A stretch of 64,000 nucleotides of DNA from Candidatus Aenigmatarchaeota archaeon (GTDB taxonomy: Archaea > Aenigmatarchaeota > Aenigmatarchaeia > CG10238-14 > SCSR01), in NCBI GenBank assembly GCA_039090665.1, contig JAWCSL010000002.1, positions 36,809 through 100,808 on the forward strand, given 5' to 3'. Made by a program: the position numbers and the translations under genes. This document shows, in pieces, positions 9,789 through 20,229 of the stretch. The notes beneath the pieces are model-generated. The model saw nothing but the letters and a program-made list of their open reading frames with translations. It was not told the DNA's origin and ran no database searches. Within the stretch, counting starts at the first letter, position 1. Each line of letters opens with the position of its first letter.

Positions 9789-10736
9789 ATGAGGTTTAGG
9801 TTTAGACCAAGCTATTTGAAGTTGATTGAATCAGGAAAGATGGAAGAAAGAATAGAAAAACTTTACAAGATTTTGGAGAAATGTGAGCTATGTCCAAGGA
9901 AATGTCATATAAACAGACTTGTTGGAGAAAAAGGAGTTTGTCGATCTGGCTTGAAGCTAAAAATTTCTAGTTTTTTTCCACATTTTGGTGAGGAAGATGT
10001 TTTGGTTGGAACTCATGGTTCTGGTACAATTTTTTTATCCAATTGTAGTTTGAGATGTGTGTATTGCCAAAATTACGAGATTTCTCATTTGGGGGAAGGA
10101 AAAGAGTTTTCAGAAGAAGAAGTTTCTGAGATGATGTTAAGCTTGCAAAAAATGGGTTGTCATAACATTAATCTTGTAACACCAACTCATTTTGCTCCCC
10201 AGCTCGTCAAAGCTATAAAAATTGCTGGTGAAAAAGGTTTAAGGTTACCAATAGTTTGGAATTGTGGTGGTTATGAGAATGTTAAAGTTATCAAACTACT
10301 TGACGGAATAGTTGATATTTATATGCCAGATATTAAATATGGAAGCAACGAAGGAGCTAAGAAATATTCTGACCCACCAGTCCAAGATTATTGGGACAGA
10401 TGTAAAGAAGCGGTAAAAGAAATGTATCACCAAGTTGGAGATCTGAAAGTTGAAAATGGCTTGGCTATAAGAGGTTTGTTGATAAGACATTTAGTTTTAC
10501 CCAACAACATAGCAGAAACTTTCAATGTTCTAAATTTCATAGCAAAAGAAATTTCCCCAAACAGCTATGTAAACATAATGTCTCAATACTATCCAGCAGG
10601 AAAAGTTTTGCTTAAACCAGAAAAGTATCCTGAACTCACGAAAAGTATAAGAGAGGATTATAAAAAGGCAATAGAGCTAGCTTTCAAGTTTAATTTGATA
10701 AGAGGTTTGGAAGAAAGACAGCTCAAAAGAATTTAA
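9789..10736 (+). CDS. Radical SAM protein, PflX-like family
   Basis: CELCPRKC, HFGEE, radical SAM CSLRCVYCQN, DIYMPDIKY and RHLVLP motifs. Confidence 0.85.
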   Translation: MRFRFRPSYLKLIESGKMEERIEKLYKILEKCELCPRKCHINRLVGEKGVCRSGLKLKISSFFPHFGEEDVLVGTHGSGTIFLSNCSLRCVYCQNYEISHLGEGKEFSEEEVSEMMLSLQKMGCHNINLVTPTHFAPQLVKAIKIAGEKGLRLPIVWNCGGYENVKVIKLLDGIVDIYMPDIKYGSNEGAKKYSDPPVQDYWDRCKEAVKEMYHQVGDLKVENGLAIRGLLIRHLVLPNNIAETFNVLNFIAKEISPNSYVNIMSQYYPAGKVLLKPEKYPELTKSIREDYKKAIELAFKFNLIRGLEERQLKRI

Positions 10737-10769
10737 ATAACTTCGGTTTCATACTTTAAGTAGGGTGTC

Positions 10770-12047
10770 ATGAAGATAGCAGTTCTTTCAGACTTTCATT
10801 TTGGCTTTTCTTTTAGCCCAGAGCTAGAAGATGATAGTTTTGAAAATGCGGAAGAAGCTATAGAAAAAGCTTTGGAAGCAGATTTGATTTTAATTCTGGG
10901 CGACATTTTTGATTCCAGAGTACCAAAAACACAGACATGGGCAAAAGCTATGAAAGTTTTAGTCAAACCTTTACTTGAAGAAAATAAGGAAGTAAAGTTG
11001 ATAAGCTCTTCAAAAGAATTGAAAAAAGCCTCTACAAGAACTCTAAACCATTTACCTGTAGTAGCAATTCATGGTACACATGAAAGAAAGGGAAGGGGTG
11101 AGTTGAATGCAGTTGAAGTTCTGGAGAATGCGGGTTTATTGATTCATTTACATTGTCAAACAATTGTTTTTGAAAAAAATGGGATTAAAGTTGCAATTCA
11201 TGGGATGTCTGGCGTGCCGGAAAGATTTGCAAAAGATGTCCTTCAACAATGGAATCCCCAGCCAATAAAAGATAGCTACAACATCTTGCTACTCCACCAA
11301 AGTATTGACCCTTACATTTATTCGCCTCTCGAACCACCAACAATATCTGTTTCTAACTTACCAAAAGGATTTGATTTGATAATAGATGGACACATTCACC
11401 AACACGGAGAATATAAGATTAACGGAACAACTTTGTTATTTCCAGGTAGTACAATAGTAACACAGTTTGAAAAAACTGAAAGTGAGATTGAGAAAGGATT
11501 TTATTTTGTTGAGTTAACTGATAAAATAAAAATTGAGTTTATACCTCTTGAAAAAGACAGGAAATTTTTCTATGAGGAAATTCAGCTAACAGAAAATTCC
11601 CCAAAAGAACAAATAGAAATTAAGATAGAAGAAATCTTGAAAAACAATTTCCTTAAACCACCAATAATAAGATTAAAACTTCAGGGCAAAGGTATAGAAA
11701 TTCTGGACCAGGATTTAAAAATTTTGGAAAGAAAGTACGCGGGAAAAGCTTTTATAATTTTTGCTAAAGAGTTCGAATCCCCAGAGATTCAGAGAAAAAC
11801 TGAGTTCTTAAGAGCTTTGAGAGAACAAAGGCTTTCAGTTGAAGATATAGGTATGGAAATTTTTAGGAAAAATTTGGAAGAGCTGAACTTTTCTTCATCT
11901 TTTGATTTTGATCATGTTTTCAGATTGTTGAGTGAGGGTGAAGTAGAAAAAACTTTTAATATTCTTATGGGAGACCAAAAAACATTAGAAGGAATTTTGA
12001 AGAAATCTCTGAAAGATTTTGGTGTTGGTGATGATAACAAAAGTTGA
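10770..12047 (+). CDS. mre11: DNA double-strand-break repair nuclease Mre11
   Basis: Phosphoesterase motifs SDFHFG, GDIFD, HGTHE, HQ, GHIH and PGS; directly upstream of rad50. Confidence 0.9.
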   Translation: MKIAVLSDFHFGFSFSPELEDDSFENAEEAIEKALEADLILILGDIFDSRVPKTQTWAKAMKVLVKPLLEENKEVKLISSSKELKKASTRTLNHLPVVAIHGTHERKGRGELNAVEVLENAGLLIHLHCQTIVFEKNGIKVAIHGMSGVPERFAKDVLQQWNPQPIKDSYNILLLHQSIDPYIYSPLEPPTISVSNLPKGFDLIIDGHIHQHGEYKINGTTLLFPGSTIVTQFEKTESEIEKGFYFVELTDKIKIEFIPLEKDRKFFYEEIQLTENSPKEQIEIKIEEILKNNFLKPPIIRLKLQGKGIEILDQDLKILERKYAGKAFIIFAKEFESPEIQRKTEFLRALREQRLSVEDIGMEIFRKNLEELNFSSSFDFDHVFRLLSEGEVEKTFNILMGDQKTLEGILKKSLKDFGVGDDNKS

Positions 12048-14394
12048 ACTTAAGAACTGGCGTTCACATTTGGAATCCAAATTTGATTTTTCTCCAGGCA
12101 CAAACATATTACTAGGAAGCATAGGCTCTGGAAAATCTTCTGTTCTTGATGCTATTTGTTTTGCCTTTTTTGGGACTTTCCCTACTCTTCAATCGAAAAA
12201 GATAAAGTTAGATGATGTTATCATGAAAAAGCCAGTAGAAAAAAATAGAGCAGAAGTTGAAGTCCATTTCCAATCAAATGGAAAGAATTATGTGGTCAAA
12301 AGAATTATAGAAAAGGGTAAAGGCACAACTTATTCTGAGATAAGAGAAGAAGGAAAATTACTTGAAGCTCCAAATACACAAAGGGTTACAGAAAAAGTGG
12401 AAGAAATTTTAAAAATTGATTATGAACTTTTCAGTAAAGCGATTTATTCTGAGCAAAATGCTTTAGATTATTTCTTGACAATACCAAAAGGTCAAAGAAT
12501 GAAAAAAATAGACGAACTTCTAGCCATAGATAGATTTGAAAAAGCTAGGGCAGCAGCAGTAACTTTAATCAATAGAATTGCTGATAGAAAATTTGGATTA
12601 GAAAGTATAATAACACAGATTGATGAAGAGGAACTAAGAAAAAGCATTTTTGAGTTGGAAAATATGATAAAAAAGCTTATTTTAGAAAAAGAAAGTTTGA
12701 AAAAAGATTTAGAAAAAATAAGTGAAGAAAGGGCAAATCTTGAGAAAGAGCTACGAGAATTAAAGAAAATGAAAGAAACATTGGAAAATTTGAAGAGAGA
12801 AGAAAGAGGAAAGGAAACGGTTCTAGAAGAGACTTCGAGAGCAATAAAATCAATTGAAGATGCAGTAAAAGGATTTTCAAAAGAGGAAATTCAAAAAACT
12901 CTTAAAGAGCTAGAAGAATTTGAAAAAAGGCTGGATGAAGAAAAAAAGCAAAAGAAAGAAGCTTATGAAAAGCAATTTTCCGAAATTTCTCAAGCTAATA
13001 GCAAGAAATTTTTCTATGAAGAAAAAATCTCAGAACTCAGACCAAGGCTTGCTGAAAAAATCGAACTAAAGAAAAAAATTGATCAATTGCTAAGCATGAC
13101 AGGAGAAAATATAGAAGAACAATTAGAAAAAACAAAAACAGAAATAGATAAAATAAACTTTGAAATTTCTTCCACAACTACAATGATAAATGATTTGAAT
13201 TCTTTCATCCAACATCTTTCATCTCCAATTAACAAATGTCCTGTTTGTGATTCAACATTGACTCAAGAAAGGAAGGATTTTTTGATAAAACAAAAACAAG
13301 ATCAGTTGAAGAAACTGGAAGATAAGCTTGAAAATCTAATGGTTAGCAAGCAAAATATGGGTGAAACTTTGAAAAGGCTTGAAGATTCTGCTAAGAAAAT
13401 AAGCGAGATGCATATCCAAACAAAAGATATACCAGAGATTCAAAGAGAGCTTGAAAATTTGGAAAATAATTTAGTTCAAATCATTTCTTTCTTATCTCAA
13501 AATGAGAAAATCTTAGAGAATTTTAAAAGCGATCTGGAACAAATAGATAAGCAGATAAAAGAAAATGAAAACAAGAAGAAAAAGTATGAAATACTATTGA
13601 TACAACTTGAAGATTTAGAAGAAAAGAAGAAAAGAAGTGAAGTGTTAAAGAAGGAAATAGAAGAAATCAGGTTAAGGATGAAAGAAATAGAAGTAAAACT
13701 TGAGGGCAAGGATTTAACAAGAATTGAAGAATTTCTCAAGTCAATTATAAGTAAAGAAAGTGAGATAAAGACAAGGATTGAGTCTTATGATTCTTTTATT
13801 CAAGAAAAAGAGTTGAGGAAAAAAGAATTTGAAGAAAAACTGAAAAATTTGGAAAAACAGAAGAAAGAAATCAAAAGATTAGAGAAGCTTATAAGAGACC
13901 TAGAAATTTTCACTCTTGCTCTTCAACAAACACAAATTGAGCTGAGGAGCAATTTCGTGGAAGCGGTAAATTATACTATGGATAAGCTTTGGGGAACTCT
14001 TTATCCGTATCATGACTTTATTTCCGTTAGATTGAATGCAGAAGAAGGAGACTATGTTTTACAATTGCAAGGAAGAGACGGAAATTGGATGAATGTTGAA
14101 GGCATAGCTTCTGGTGGTGAAAGAAGCATAGCTTGTCTTGCTTTGAGAATAGCTTTTGCTCTTGTGCTTGCGCCAACCATGAGAATGATCTTTCTAGATG
14201 AACCAAGTCACAATTTGGATCAAGTTTCGTTAAAAGTTTTTGCTACAACTTTGAAAGAAAAAATAAACGAATTTATTGATCAAGTTTTCTTGATAACACA
14301 TCAGTCTGAACTAGAAGATGCATTGACAGGCAACGGTTATTTGCTGGAAAGAGATAAAGAAAAGGATGGTGTGACAAGGGTAGTTGCTTTATAA
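12031..14394 (+). CDS. rad50: Rad50 SMC-like ATPase
   Basis: Walker A GSIGSGKSS, long coiled coil with CPVC zinc hook, signature SGGE and Walker B FLDEP. Confidence 0.95.
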   Translation: MITKVELKNWRSHLESKFDFSPGTNILLGSIGSGKSSVLDAICFAFFGTFPTLQSKKIKLDDVIMKKPVEKNRAEVEVHFQSNGKNYVVKRIIEKGKGTTYSEIREEGKLLEAPNTQRVTEKVEEILKIDYELFSKAIYSEQNALDYFLTIPKGQRMKKIDELLAIDRFEKARAAAVTLINRIADRKFGLESIITQIDEEELRKSIFELENMIKKLILEKESLKKDLEKISEERANLEKELRELKKMKETLENLKREERGKETVLEETSRAIKSIEDAVKGFSKEEIQKTLKELEEFEKRLDEEKKQKKEAYEKQFSEISQANSKKFFYEEKISELRPRLAEKIELKKKIDQLLSMTGENIEEQLEKTKTEIDKINFEISSTTTMINDLNSFIQHLSSPINKCPVCDSTLTQERKDFLIKQKQDQLKKLEDKLENLMVSKQNMGETLKRLEDSAKKISEMHIQTKDIPEIQRELENLENNLVQIISFLSQNEKILENFKSDLEQIDKQIKENENKKKKYEILLIQLEDLEEKKKRSEVLKKEIEEIRLRMKEIEVKLEGKDLTRIEEFLKSIISKESEIKTRIESYDSFIQEKELRKKEFEEKLKNLEKQKKEIKRLEKLIRDLEIFTLALQQTQIELRSNFVEAVNYTMDKLWGTLYPYHDFISVRLNAEEGDYVLQLQGRDGNWMNVEGIASGGERSIACLALRIAFALVLAPTMRMIFLDEPSHNLDQVSLKVFATTLKEKINEFIDQVFLITHQSELEDALTGNGYLLERDKEKDGVTRVVAL

Positions 14395-14395
14395 C

Positions 14396-15094
14396 TCATC
14401 TGAACAATTTTTCTGTTGGATAAACAATTATTCCTTTGCCAGACTTTATTTCAAATGGATGCGAGTCTGTGTCATGGTCTGTTGCTCTCATTTTTCTTAT
14501 TGTTATTCCTCGAGGAGAGCCTGAAGAGTAAGATAACAATATTATGCCATCTGAAGTGAACTCCTCTATTCCGAAAGATGAAATAGAATTAGAACCTTCT
14601 GGAATTTCGCAAGTGAGTAAAGCAGTGCAATTCAATTTCTTGAGTAGTTTATCTAACTCAAGCAAACTCCTTCTAATCTCTAATGGTCTTTCGAAGAAAA
14701 GGCTTATAACTGTTATGGGATCAATAACTACCCTTTCTGCACCTATTTTTTCAACACTGTTTTCTATCAAATTCTTGAATTTTTCAAAATCATAAATATC
14801 TGATTTAACAAAAAGCAGCTTTCCCTCTTTTTCCAATTTTTCCAAAGGCCAACCAAAAGTTAAGTTCATATACTTTTTTATTCTATCGACACTTTCTTCT
14901 AAAGATATGTACACGCCTTTTTCATTTTTTTCCAAAGCACCATTCACCAAGAACTGTAAAGATAATATTGTCTTACCAGATCCAGGGGTACCTGAAACAA
15001 GAACAGTAGAGCCTTTTGGAAAACCTCCTTTGAGCAAGATATCCAAACCTTTTATACCTGAAGAAGTTCTTTCTATACCGTCAACTTCTTTCAT
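14396..15094 (-). CDS. KaiC/RAD55-family single-domain ATPase
   Basis: SSGIKGLDILLKGGFP, Walker A GTPGSGKT, SLEE, RVVID and IRKMR motifs. Confidence 0.9.
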   Translation of the reverse strand: MKEVDGIERTSSGIKGLDILLKGGFPKGSTVLVSGTPGSGKTILSLQFLVNGALEKNEKGVYISLEESVDRIKKYMNLTFGWPLEKLEKEGKLLFVKSDIYDFEKFKNLIENSVEKIGAERVVIDPITVISLFFERPLEIRRSLLELDKLLKKLNCTALLTCEIPEGSNSISSFGIEEFTSDGIILLSYSSGSPRGITIRKMRATDHDTDSHPFEIKSGKGIIVYPTEKLFR

Positions 15095-15129
15095 AATTTA
15101 ATTTATTCCCCTAAGGTATAAGAATTAAT

Positions 15130-15717
15130 ATGGAGAAGTCGATAGAGACCATAAAAGGTGAGAAAAATCTTAAAAAATTTGTCAAAAAACTTGAACCAAA
15201 AACTGTGGTTTTGTTCATCATTGATGCAAAAAAATATCATAAGATACACCCAAAGCTCCTCCAAACTATAATAAAAGAAAAGTGTTTTGCTGGAATTTAC
15301 ATAACAATAAACAAACCTTACAGTACTTTGATAAAATACCTTAAAGAAAATAAAATAAACACAGACAATATTTTCTTTATTGATGCTATATCAAAGAGTG
15401 TTGGTGGAGAAATGAAGATGACAAAAGACTGTTTATTTATTCCATCTCCTTCTCAACTAACTGATTTGGCAATAGCTCTAACACAAGCTCTAGAAAGTAT
15501 GGAACATAAGGAAAACAAATTTATTTTTTTAGATTCTCTTTCAACTTTGTTGATTTATAACTCTTTTGAAGTTGCGGCCAAGTTTGTTCATTTCGTAATC
15601 TCTAGGCTTAGATTGTTTGGGCTTGTTGGAATGATAATCTCAATAGAAAAGCAAATAGACGAGAGAATGTTAAATATTTTAATAGAGATGTGTGATAAGG
15701 TGGTGGAAGTTAAATGA
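15130..15717 (+). CDS. Inactive KaiC/RecA-fold-like protein
   Basis: Keeps GIYIT, FFIDAIS, FLDSLSTLLIYN and CDKVVE but has no Walker A; divergent from the KaiC gene. Confidence 0.65.
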   Translation: MEKSIETIKGEKNLKKFVKKLEPKTVVLFIIDAKKYHKIHPKLLQTIIKEKCFAGIYITINKPYSTLIKYLKENKINTDNIFFIDAISKSVGGEMKMTKDCLFIPSPSQLTDLAIALTQALESMEHKENKFIFLDSLSTLLIYNSFEVAAKFVHFVISRLRLFGLVGMIISIEKQIDERMLNILIEMCDKVVEVK

Positions 15718-16064
15718 TTGAAATCTTCTTTCAGATCTTGAGCTTGCTCAACTCCATTTTAGCTTTCATAACAGTCATTATTTTTGCTCGTTCTAACATT
15801 AAATTCACGAAGGGTGAGCTACAAGAAATAATCAATTATTTTGTTTGGGGAACAATATTCATGTTTGGTGGAATGATAGCTCAACTTGAAGTCGAGTTTT
15901 TAAATTTAGCTGGCACACCGATAGACATGATAAAATATTTCCTGTTTTTAGGAGGTTTCTCATACTACTTGCTTGCTTCCTTTAAGATTCATAAGATGTC
16001 AAAAGTTTTAGGCTTCGCTTCAGGAGAAATGCCTAAGAAACTTAAAAAAATCCTTAAATCTTAA
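15714..16064 (+). CDS. Small multi-pass membrane protein (possible sensor)
   Basis: 116 aa with three hydrophobic segments; start overlaps the previous stop. Confidence 0.6.
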   Translation: MIEIFFQILSLLNSILAFITVIIFARSNIKFTKGELQEIINYFVWGTIFMFGGMIAQLEVEFLNLAGTPIDMIKYFLFLGGFSYYLLASFKIHKMSKVLGFASGEMPKKLKKILKS

Positions 16065-16089
16065 TTTCAAGGAACAGTTAATTTAGATT

Positions 16090-16500
16090 ATGAAAGCTCA
16101 AGTTGCACTTGAATATTTGATGATAATTTCTTTTGCTTTAATGGTTTTGTTACCTTATGCTCTTCATCTTCAAACAGTTTCTCAAAATTTGAGAGAAGAT
16201 AACAATTTAGCTATAGCTTCAAATTCTCTACAAAAAATAGGTCAGGCAGCAGATTGGGTATTTTCTCAAGGCGAACCTGCAAAAATTACAATTTTAGTCC
16301 AAATTCCTGCTAATGTTGAAGAGATTTCTTTTGCCGGAAAAATGATGAAATGGAAAGTTAGAACTAGTGCTGGTTTATCAGAAATTTACTACATTTCTTC
16401 AGCCAACTTGACGGGAAGTTTGCCTACCACTCCAGGCTACTATAATTTATTGATTCAAGCTATGGGGAATGGGGTGAAAATAAGTGTCAGCCCAAGTTAG
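16090..16500 (+). CDS. Type IV pilin-like protein (class III signal peptide)
   Basis: MKAQVALEYLMIISFALMVLL. Confidence 0.85.
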   Translation: MKAQVALEYLMIISFALMVLLPYALHLQTVSQNLREDNNLAIASNSLQKIGQAADWVFSQGEPAKITILVQIPANVEEISFAGKMMKWKVRTSAGLSEIYYISSANLTGSLPTTPGYYNLLIQAMGNGVKISVSPS

Positions 16501-16873
16501 CCTAGAATTCATTTCTTTACTTTCACTTCTTTTCATCTTTTTATTTCTCACAATCTATCACAGCTCCAATCTTTATATTCAAACAAACAGAGCAAAAGTA
16601 TTAAAAGAAGCTCAAACAATAAGCGATCAAATTGCTTCTGAAATAAACTTGGCTCTTAAAGCAGGGAGTGGCTATTCAAGAATTTTCACTATCCCCCAAA
16701 AAATTTCTAATGCAATAGATTACAACATAACAGTAAAGGATTATCTTGTGATTTTGAGTTGGAATAATGGTTTTGTCCAATCCACAATTTTGACAAGAAA
16801 CATAAGTGGCGAAATCTTGAAAGGTGAGAACTTGATAAGAAATTTAAATGGTGTAGTTTATGTTAACCAATAA
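16484..16873 (+). CDS. Type IV pilin-like protein (class III signal peptide)
   Basis: SAQVSLEFISLLSLLFIFLFL. Confidence 0.8.
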   Translation: MSAQVSLEFISLLSLLFIFLFLTIYHSSNLYIQTNRAKVLKEAQTISDQIASEINLALKAGSGYSRIFTIPQKISNAIDYNITVKDYLVILSWNNGFVQSTILTRNISGEILKGENLIRNLNGVVYVNQ

Positions 16874-17342
16874 AGCTCAAGTTGTCACTTATGATTTTTT
16901 CATAGCTTTAGCTATTTTCTTTTTAGTTATGGGTCTGGTGATGAGTATTTGGTATTATACAGTGATTCAAGCGGAAGAAAGTATGGAAAAGAGATTGGCT
17001 TATAATAACTTGCTTTCTGCATCTCAAGTTTGGTTCAAAGAGGGATTCCCAAAATATTGGGATGCTGAGAATGTAGTTGAGCTAGGCTTGTCGAATGATG
17101 GAAAAATAAATGAGACAAAAATAGAAATGCTTAAAAATTCTGTTGGGTATTCTAAAGCAAGCCTTCTGCTTAATCTTGGTAATTTTAACTTTTGTTATGA
17201 AGTTTATGACAAATCCGGAAATTTAATTTTTCGCTTTCCTCAAAATTTAGATCTTAGTTCAGCAAGAAACATATACAAGATAGAAAGAATTGGAATACTG
17301 AATGAGCAACCTGTGAAAGTGAGGACTTTGATATGGAATTGA
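16860..17342 (+). CDS. Minor pilin-like protein (class III signal peptide)
   Basis: NKAQVVTYDFFIALAIFFLV and a G-x-P-x-x-W motif (EGFPKYW) resembling DPGDPVNW in the first ORF of the window. Confidence 0.8.
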   Translation: MLTNKAQVVTYDFFIALAIFFLVMGLVMSIWYYTVIQAEESMEKRLAYNNLLSASQVWFKEGFPKYWDAENVVELGLSNDGKINETKIEMLKNSVGYSKASLLLNLGNFNFCYEVYDKSGNLIFRFPQNLDLSSARNIYKIERIGILNEQPVKVRTLIWN

Positions 17343-19267
17343 AAGGTTTAGCTTTTACAACAGACATTTTAATAGGCTTAACTTTAGTTATATCTTTAAT
17401 CCCTCTCTTTTATTTTGTAATTGAGTCAAATTATCCAGAAACTTCTTTTCAGTCTTTGACCTACCAGGCAAATGATTTGATTGAAATACTAGCAAATTTG
17501 AAAGCAAGCTCTTTTTCAAACACATCTACAATTTCCATGCTCTTATCAAATAAAATAATTTCAGAAACTGATTTAAACAAAACTTTGTTAGATTTAATAG
17601 GAACATTCTGGTATTCTGGAAACAAAAGCATCGCTTCAAATATAACAAAAGAAGTCCTGGAAGGTTTGACTGAAAAATGCTTCAGCCTCCAAACTCACAA
17701 CGAAACAATCTATTCATCTTGCTCATCTAATCCAAAAACAGTTTCTGTTGCTTACAGGTTGGAATCTGGCTATGAAATCGGAAAGCCGGTTTCTGGTTAT
17801 GTAGCAAGGGCATGGGCAACAAAAGTGAGAAAAAACACCACTCAAATAATTATTTTCTATCCAGAAGGCTCAGGTTGGACTGCTCAAAGGTTGGAAATCA
17901 CGAAAAACTTTGCTTTACCAACAAACATAACAATCTACAATGCAACTTTGTATGTTTCAATCCATTTCGGAACTTCCAAATCCCAAGCCCAATTCGAGCA
18001 ACTTAAAATCAATGATGTTCAAAAGAAAAATGATATAAAATGGCTTTACATGCAAGAAGAAGCTTTTGGGTGGGAAATTACTACAGCAGCTTACGGTGTT
18101 GTTGATGTTACAAATGAAATTCAACCGGGAAACAATTCAATTTACTTGGTAATAGGAACACCAAACTACCATTCTCACATTCATCCAGGCATGAGACTTA
18201 TAGTAACTTATAGCTTAAGCCAAGAACTTTCAACAGGTAACAAAAGTTTCAAGAAGAGATATTATTTCGATAATGTGGTAGGAAGGACAGGTGCTTGGTC
18301 GATGGTCTCTTTCTACATTCCAGAAAATGCAAAAAACGCGAAAGCTCAACTTCATCTCAAAACTTTAGAGGTTGATGATACTGTAGATTTGTTTGGAAGA
18401 AATTCTAGCGATGTGATAATTTACTTCAATTCAGGTCACATCTTTTATAAAGATGGATATTGTTCTTCTCAAAATTGTTATCCTTCATGCAGCATCTCAG
18501 GCCTTTATTACAGGAATTGTCGAAAAGTTGGTGTTATGAATCCTGAACTCTTCTTGAATCTCACAAACAACTTGACGATAGGAACAAACGTGATTTCAGT
18601 GTATTTGAACAATTATGGTGATGTTCATTGGGGAGATCAAAAGGCAATAATTTATTCAGATCCCCTGAATGATCCTGAAGGATCTTCTTATGTTGAAGTC
18701 TATTATGAAATGGAAGAACCAACTTTCAATTATGGTGAGATTGATATAACTAGAGAAATGTTGTTTGGAGGCTCTGCTAGCAACCCAAAAACTTTCAATT
18801 TCACTCTAAACCAGAGCCAGAATAAAGTGATAGAGGCTTTTGTTCATATAGCCCAAGGTTTCAGTAGTATGGTTAACGCTTCAATAAACAATTTCTGGAT
18901 CTTCACTTCACCTTCTATTCGTGTGGTTCCTGAAAATGTGTATGTTTATCCCAACAAATTAAGTGTTGGAAAAAATTCAATAAGGCTTGTGGACTTTCAA
19001 GAAGGTGGCTCTATTTCAGGAACAAACTACATCTTACCATGGTCTTCTTTTGAATATACATACCTTGTTAAAGGTTTAGTTGGTTATGGAAATGTTTTCA
19101 ATTCTTCTCAACTTGCAATAGAAGATGCTAAGCAAAGGCTTATTTCTCAAATGGGTGAAGAGGGAATAAAACCGGAAGGGATTCAAGTTGATTCTCAATC
19201 CGTTCAGGGTTTGAGATGGCTTTGGGGTCCAAGCTTGTTCAAAATCTTGGTATGGGAGAGAGAATGA
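17333..19267 (+). CDS. Large minor pilin/adhesin-like protein
   Basis: KGLAFTTDILIGLTLVISLI class III-like N-terminus, beta-rich body with a Cys cluster; within the overlapping pilin operon. Confidence 0.7.
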   Translation: MELKGLAFTTDILIGLTLVISLIPLFYFVIESNYPETSFQSLTYQANDLIEILANLKASSFSNTSTISMLLSNKIISETDLNKTLLDLIGTFWYSGNKSIASNITKEVLEGLTEKCFSLQTHNETIYSSCSSNPKTVSVAYRLESGYEIGKPVSGYVARAWATKVRKNTTQIIIFYPEGSGWTAQRLEITKNFALPTNITIYNATLYVSIHFGTSKSQAQFEQLKINDVQKKNDIKWLYMQEEAFGWEITTAAYGVVDVTNEIQPGNNSIYLVIGTPNYHSHIHPGMRLIVTYSLSQELSTGNKSFKKRYYFDNVVGRTGAWSMVSFYIPENAKNAKAQLHLKTLEVDDTVDLFGRNSSDVIIYFNSGHIFYKDGYCSSQNCYPSCSISGLYYRNCRKVGVMNPELFLNLTNNLTIGTNVISVYLNNYGDVHWGDQKAIIYSDPLNDPEGSSYVEVYYEMEEPTFNYGEIDITREMLFGGSASNPKTFNFTLNQSQNKVIEAFVHIAQGFSSMVNASINNFWIFTSPSIRVVPENVYVYPNKLSVGKNSIRLVDFQEGGSISGTNYILPWSSFEYTYLVKGLVGYGNVFNSSQLAIEDAKQRLISQMGEEGIKPEGIQVDSQSVQGLRWLWGPSLFKILVWERE

Positions 19268-20229
19268 AAGGAATATTTTTCAGTTCGATGATAATTTTCT
19301 TAATAACTTGCTTATTCATATTTTTTTCTATTCAGAGATCTATGCTATCTTTTTATTCCTCTCAAAGGGCAATTGAAAACAGGGTAGAAGCCATGATCAA
19401 ATTTTATGAAAGTGTAGTTTATGATTCAAGAAAATCTATGGAAATTACAGCACAAAGGGCAACTTGCTCTGCAATAAATTATGTAGTCACAACAGGTTCT
19501 CCTTTACAATCTTCAAATGAAACTATAGCAGAGCTCATACTTCAAGGTACAATTAATTCTGAGCCTCAAGGGCTAATGGAAGCATCTACCGTGAAAGATT
19601 GGGAAGATAGTATAGAATACTTGGGAACTCTTCAAGGGTTTAGGACTAGTGTTGATATAAGAGATTTGTTGATAGAGCCTGAAGATAGTTATCATCTCTC
19701 CATTTCTTACACTATTTTTGTAGAGCTTTATGATGATAACATCAAAACAAACCTTACAAAAAACTCAAGAGAAAAAATAATTATGAGCATAGAAAATATG
19801 GAAGATCCTCTTTATCCACTGAACACTTTAGGCAGAATAGTAAATATAATAAGACCAAGTCCACATTGGCTCAACTACTCTAGTGAAGACACTTCAAATT
19901 TGAAGGACGATTTAGAAAATTCTTACTATCATCCTAGCTTATATGGAGCAAGTTTTCTGGATAGGCTTGAAGGCAAGTTCTTCGTTCAAGAAAAATACTT
20001 CAAACCAAACCCAATCGGACTGGAAAGTTTTGTCAATAAAGACAAAATCCTCAGTGCAGGCTTGCCGATAGACGCTTACGCTACAAATATAGATTATCTT
20101 TACTTCTCAAAGAGTGGTGTAGATGCTTATTCTATTTCAGGAATGCCTTCTAATTTTAGATTAGATAATGAGACGAGTCTAGAAGGGAAGACCCACCTTC
20201 AAATATACAATGTCACGGTGATTGAATGA
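19264..20229 (+). CDS. Pilus-associated protein with class III-like N-terminus
   Basis: MKGIFFSSMIIFLITCLFIFF; EDPLY and SFLDRLEG segments; ATGA overlap with the previous gene. Confidence 0.7.
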   Translation: MKGIFFSSMIIFLITCLFIFFSIQRSMLSFYSSQRAIENRVEAMIKFYESVVYDSRKSMEITAQRATCSAINYVVTTGSPLQSSNETIAELILQGTINSEPQGLMEASTVKDWEDSIEYLGTLQGFRTSVDIRDLLIEPEDSYHLSISYTIFVELYDDNIKTNLTKNSREKIIMSIENMEDPLYPLNTLGRIVNIIRPSPHWLNYSSEDTSNLKDDLENSYYHPSLYGASFLDRLEGKFFVQEKYFKPNPIGLESFVNKDKILSAGLPIDAYATNIDYLYFSKSGVDAYSISGMPSNFRLDNETSLEGKTHLQIYNVTVIE

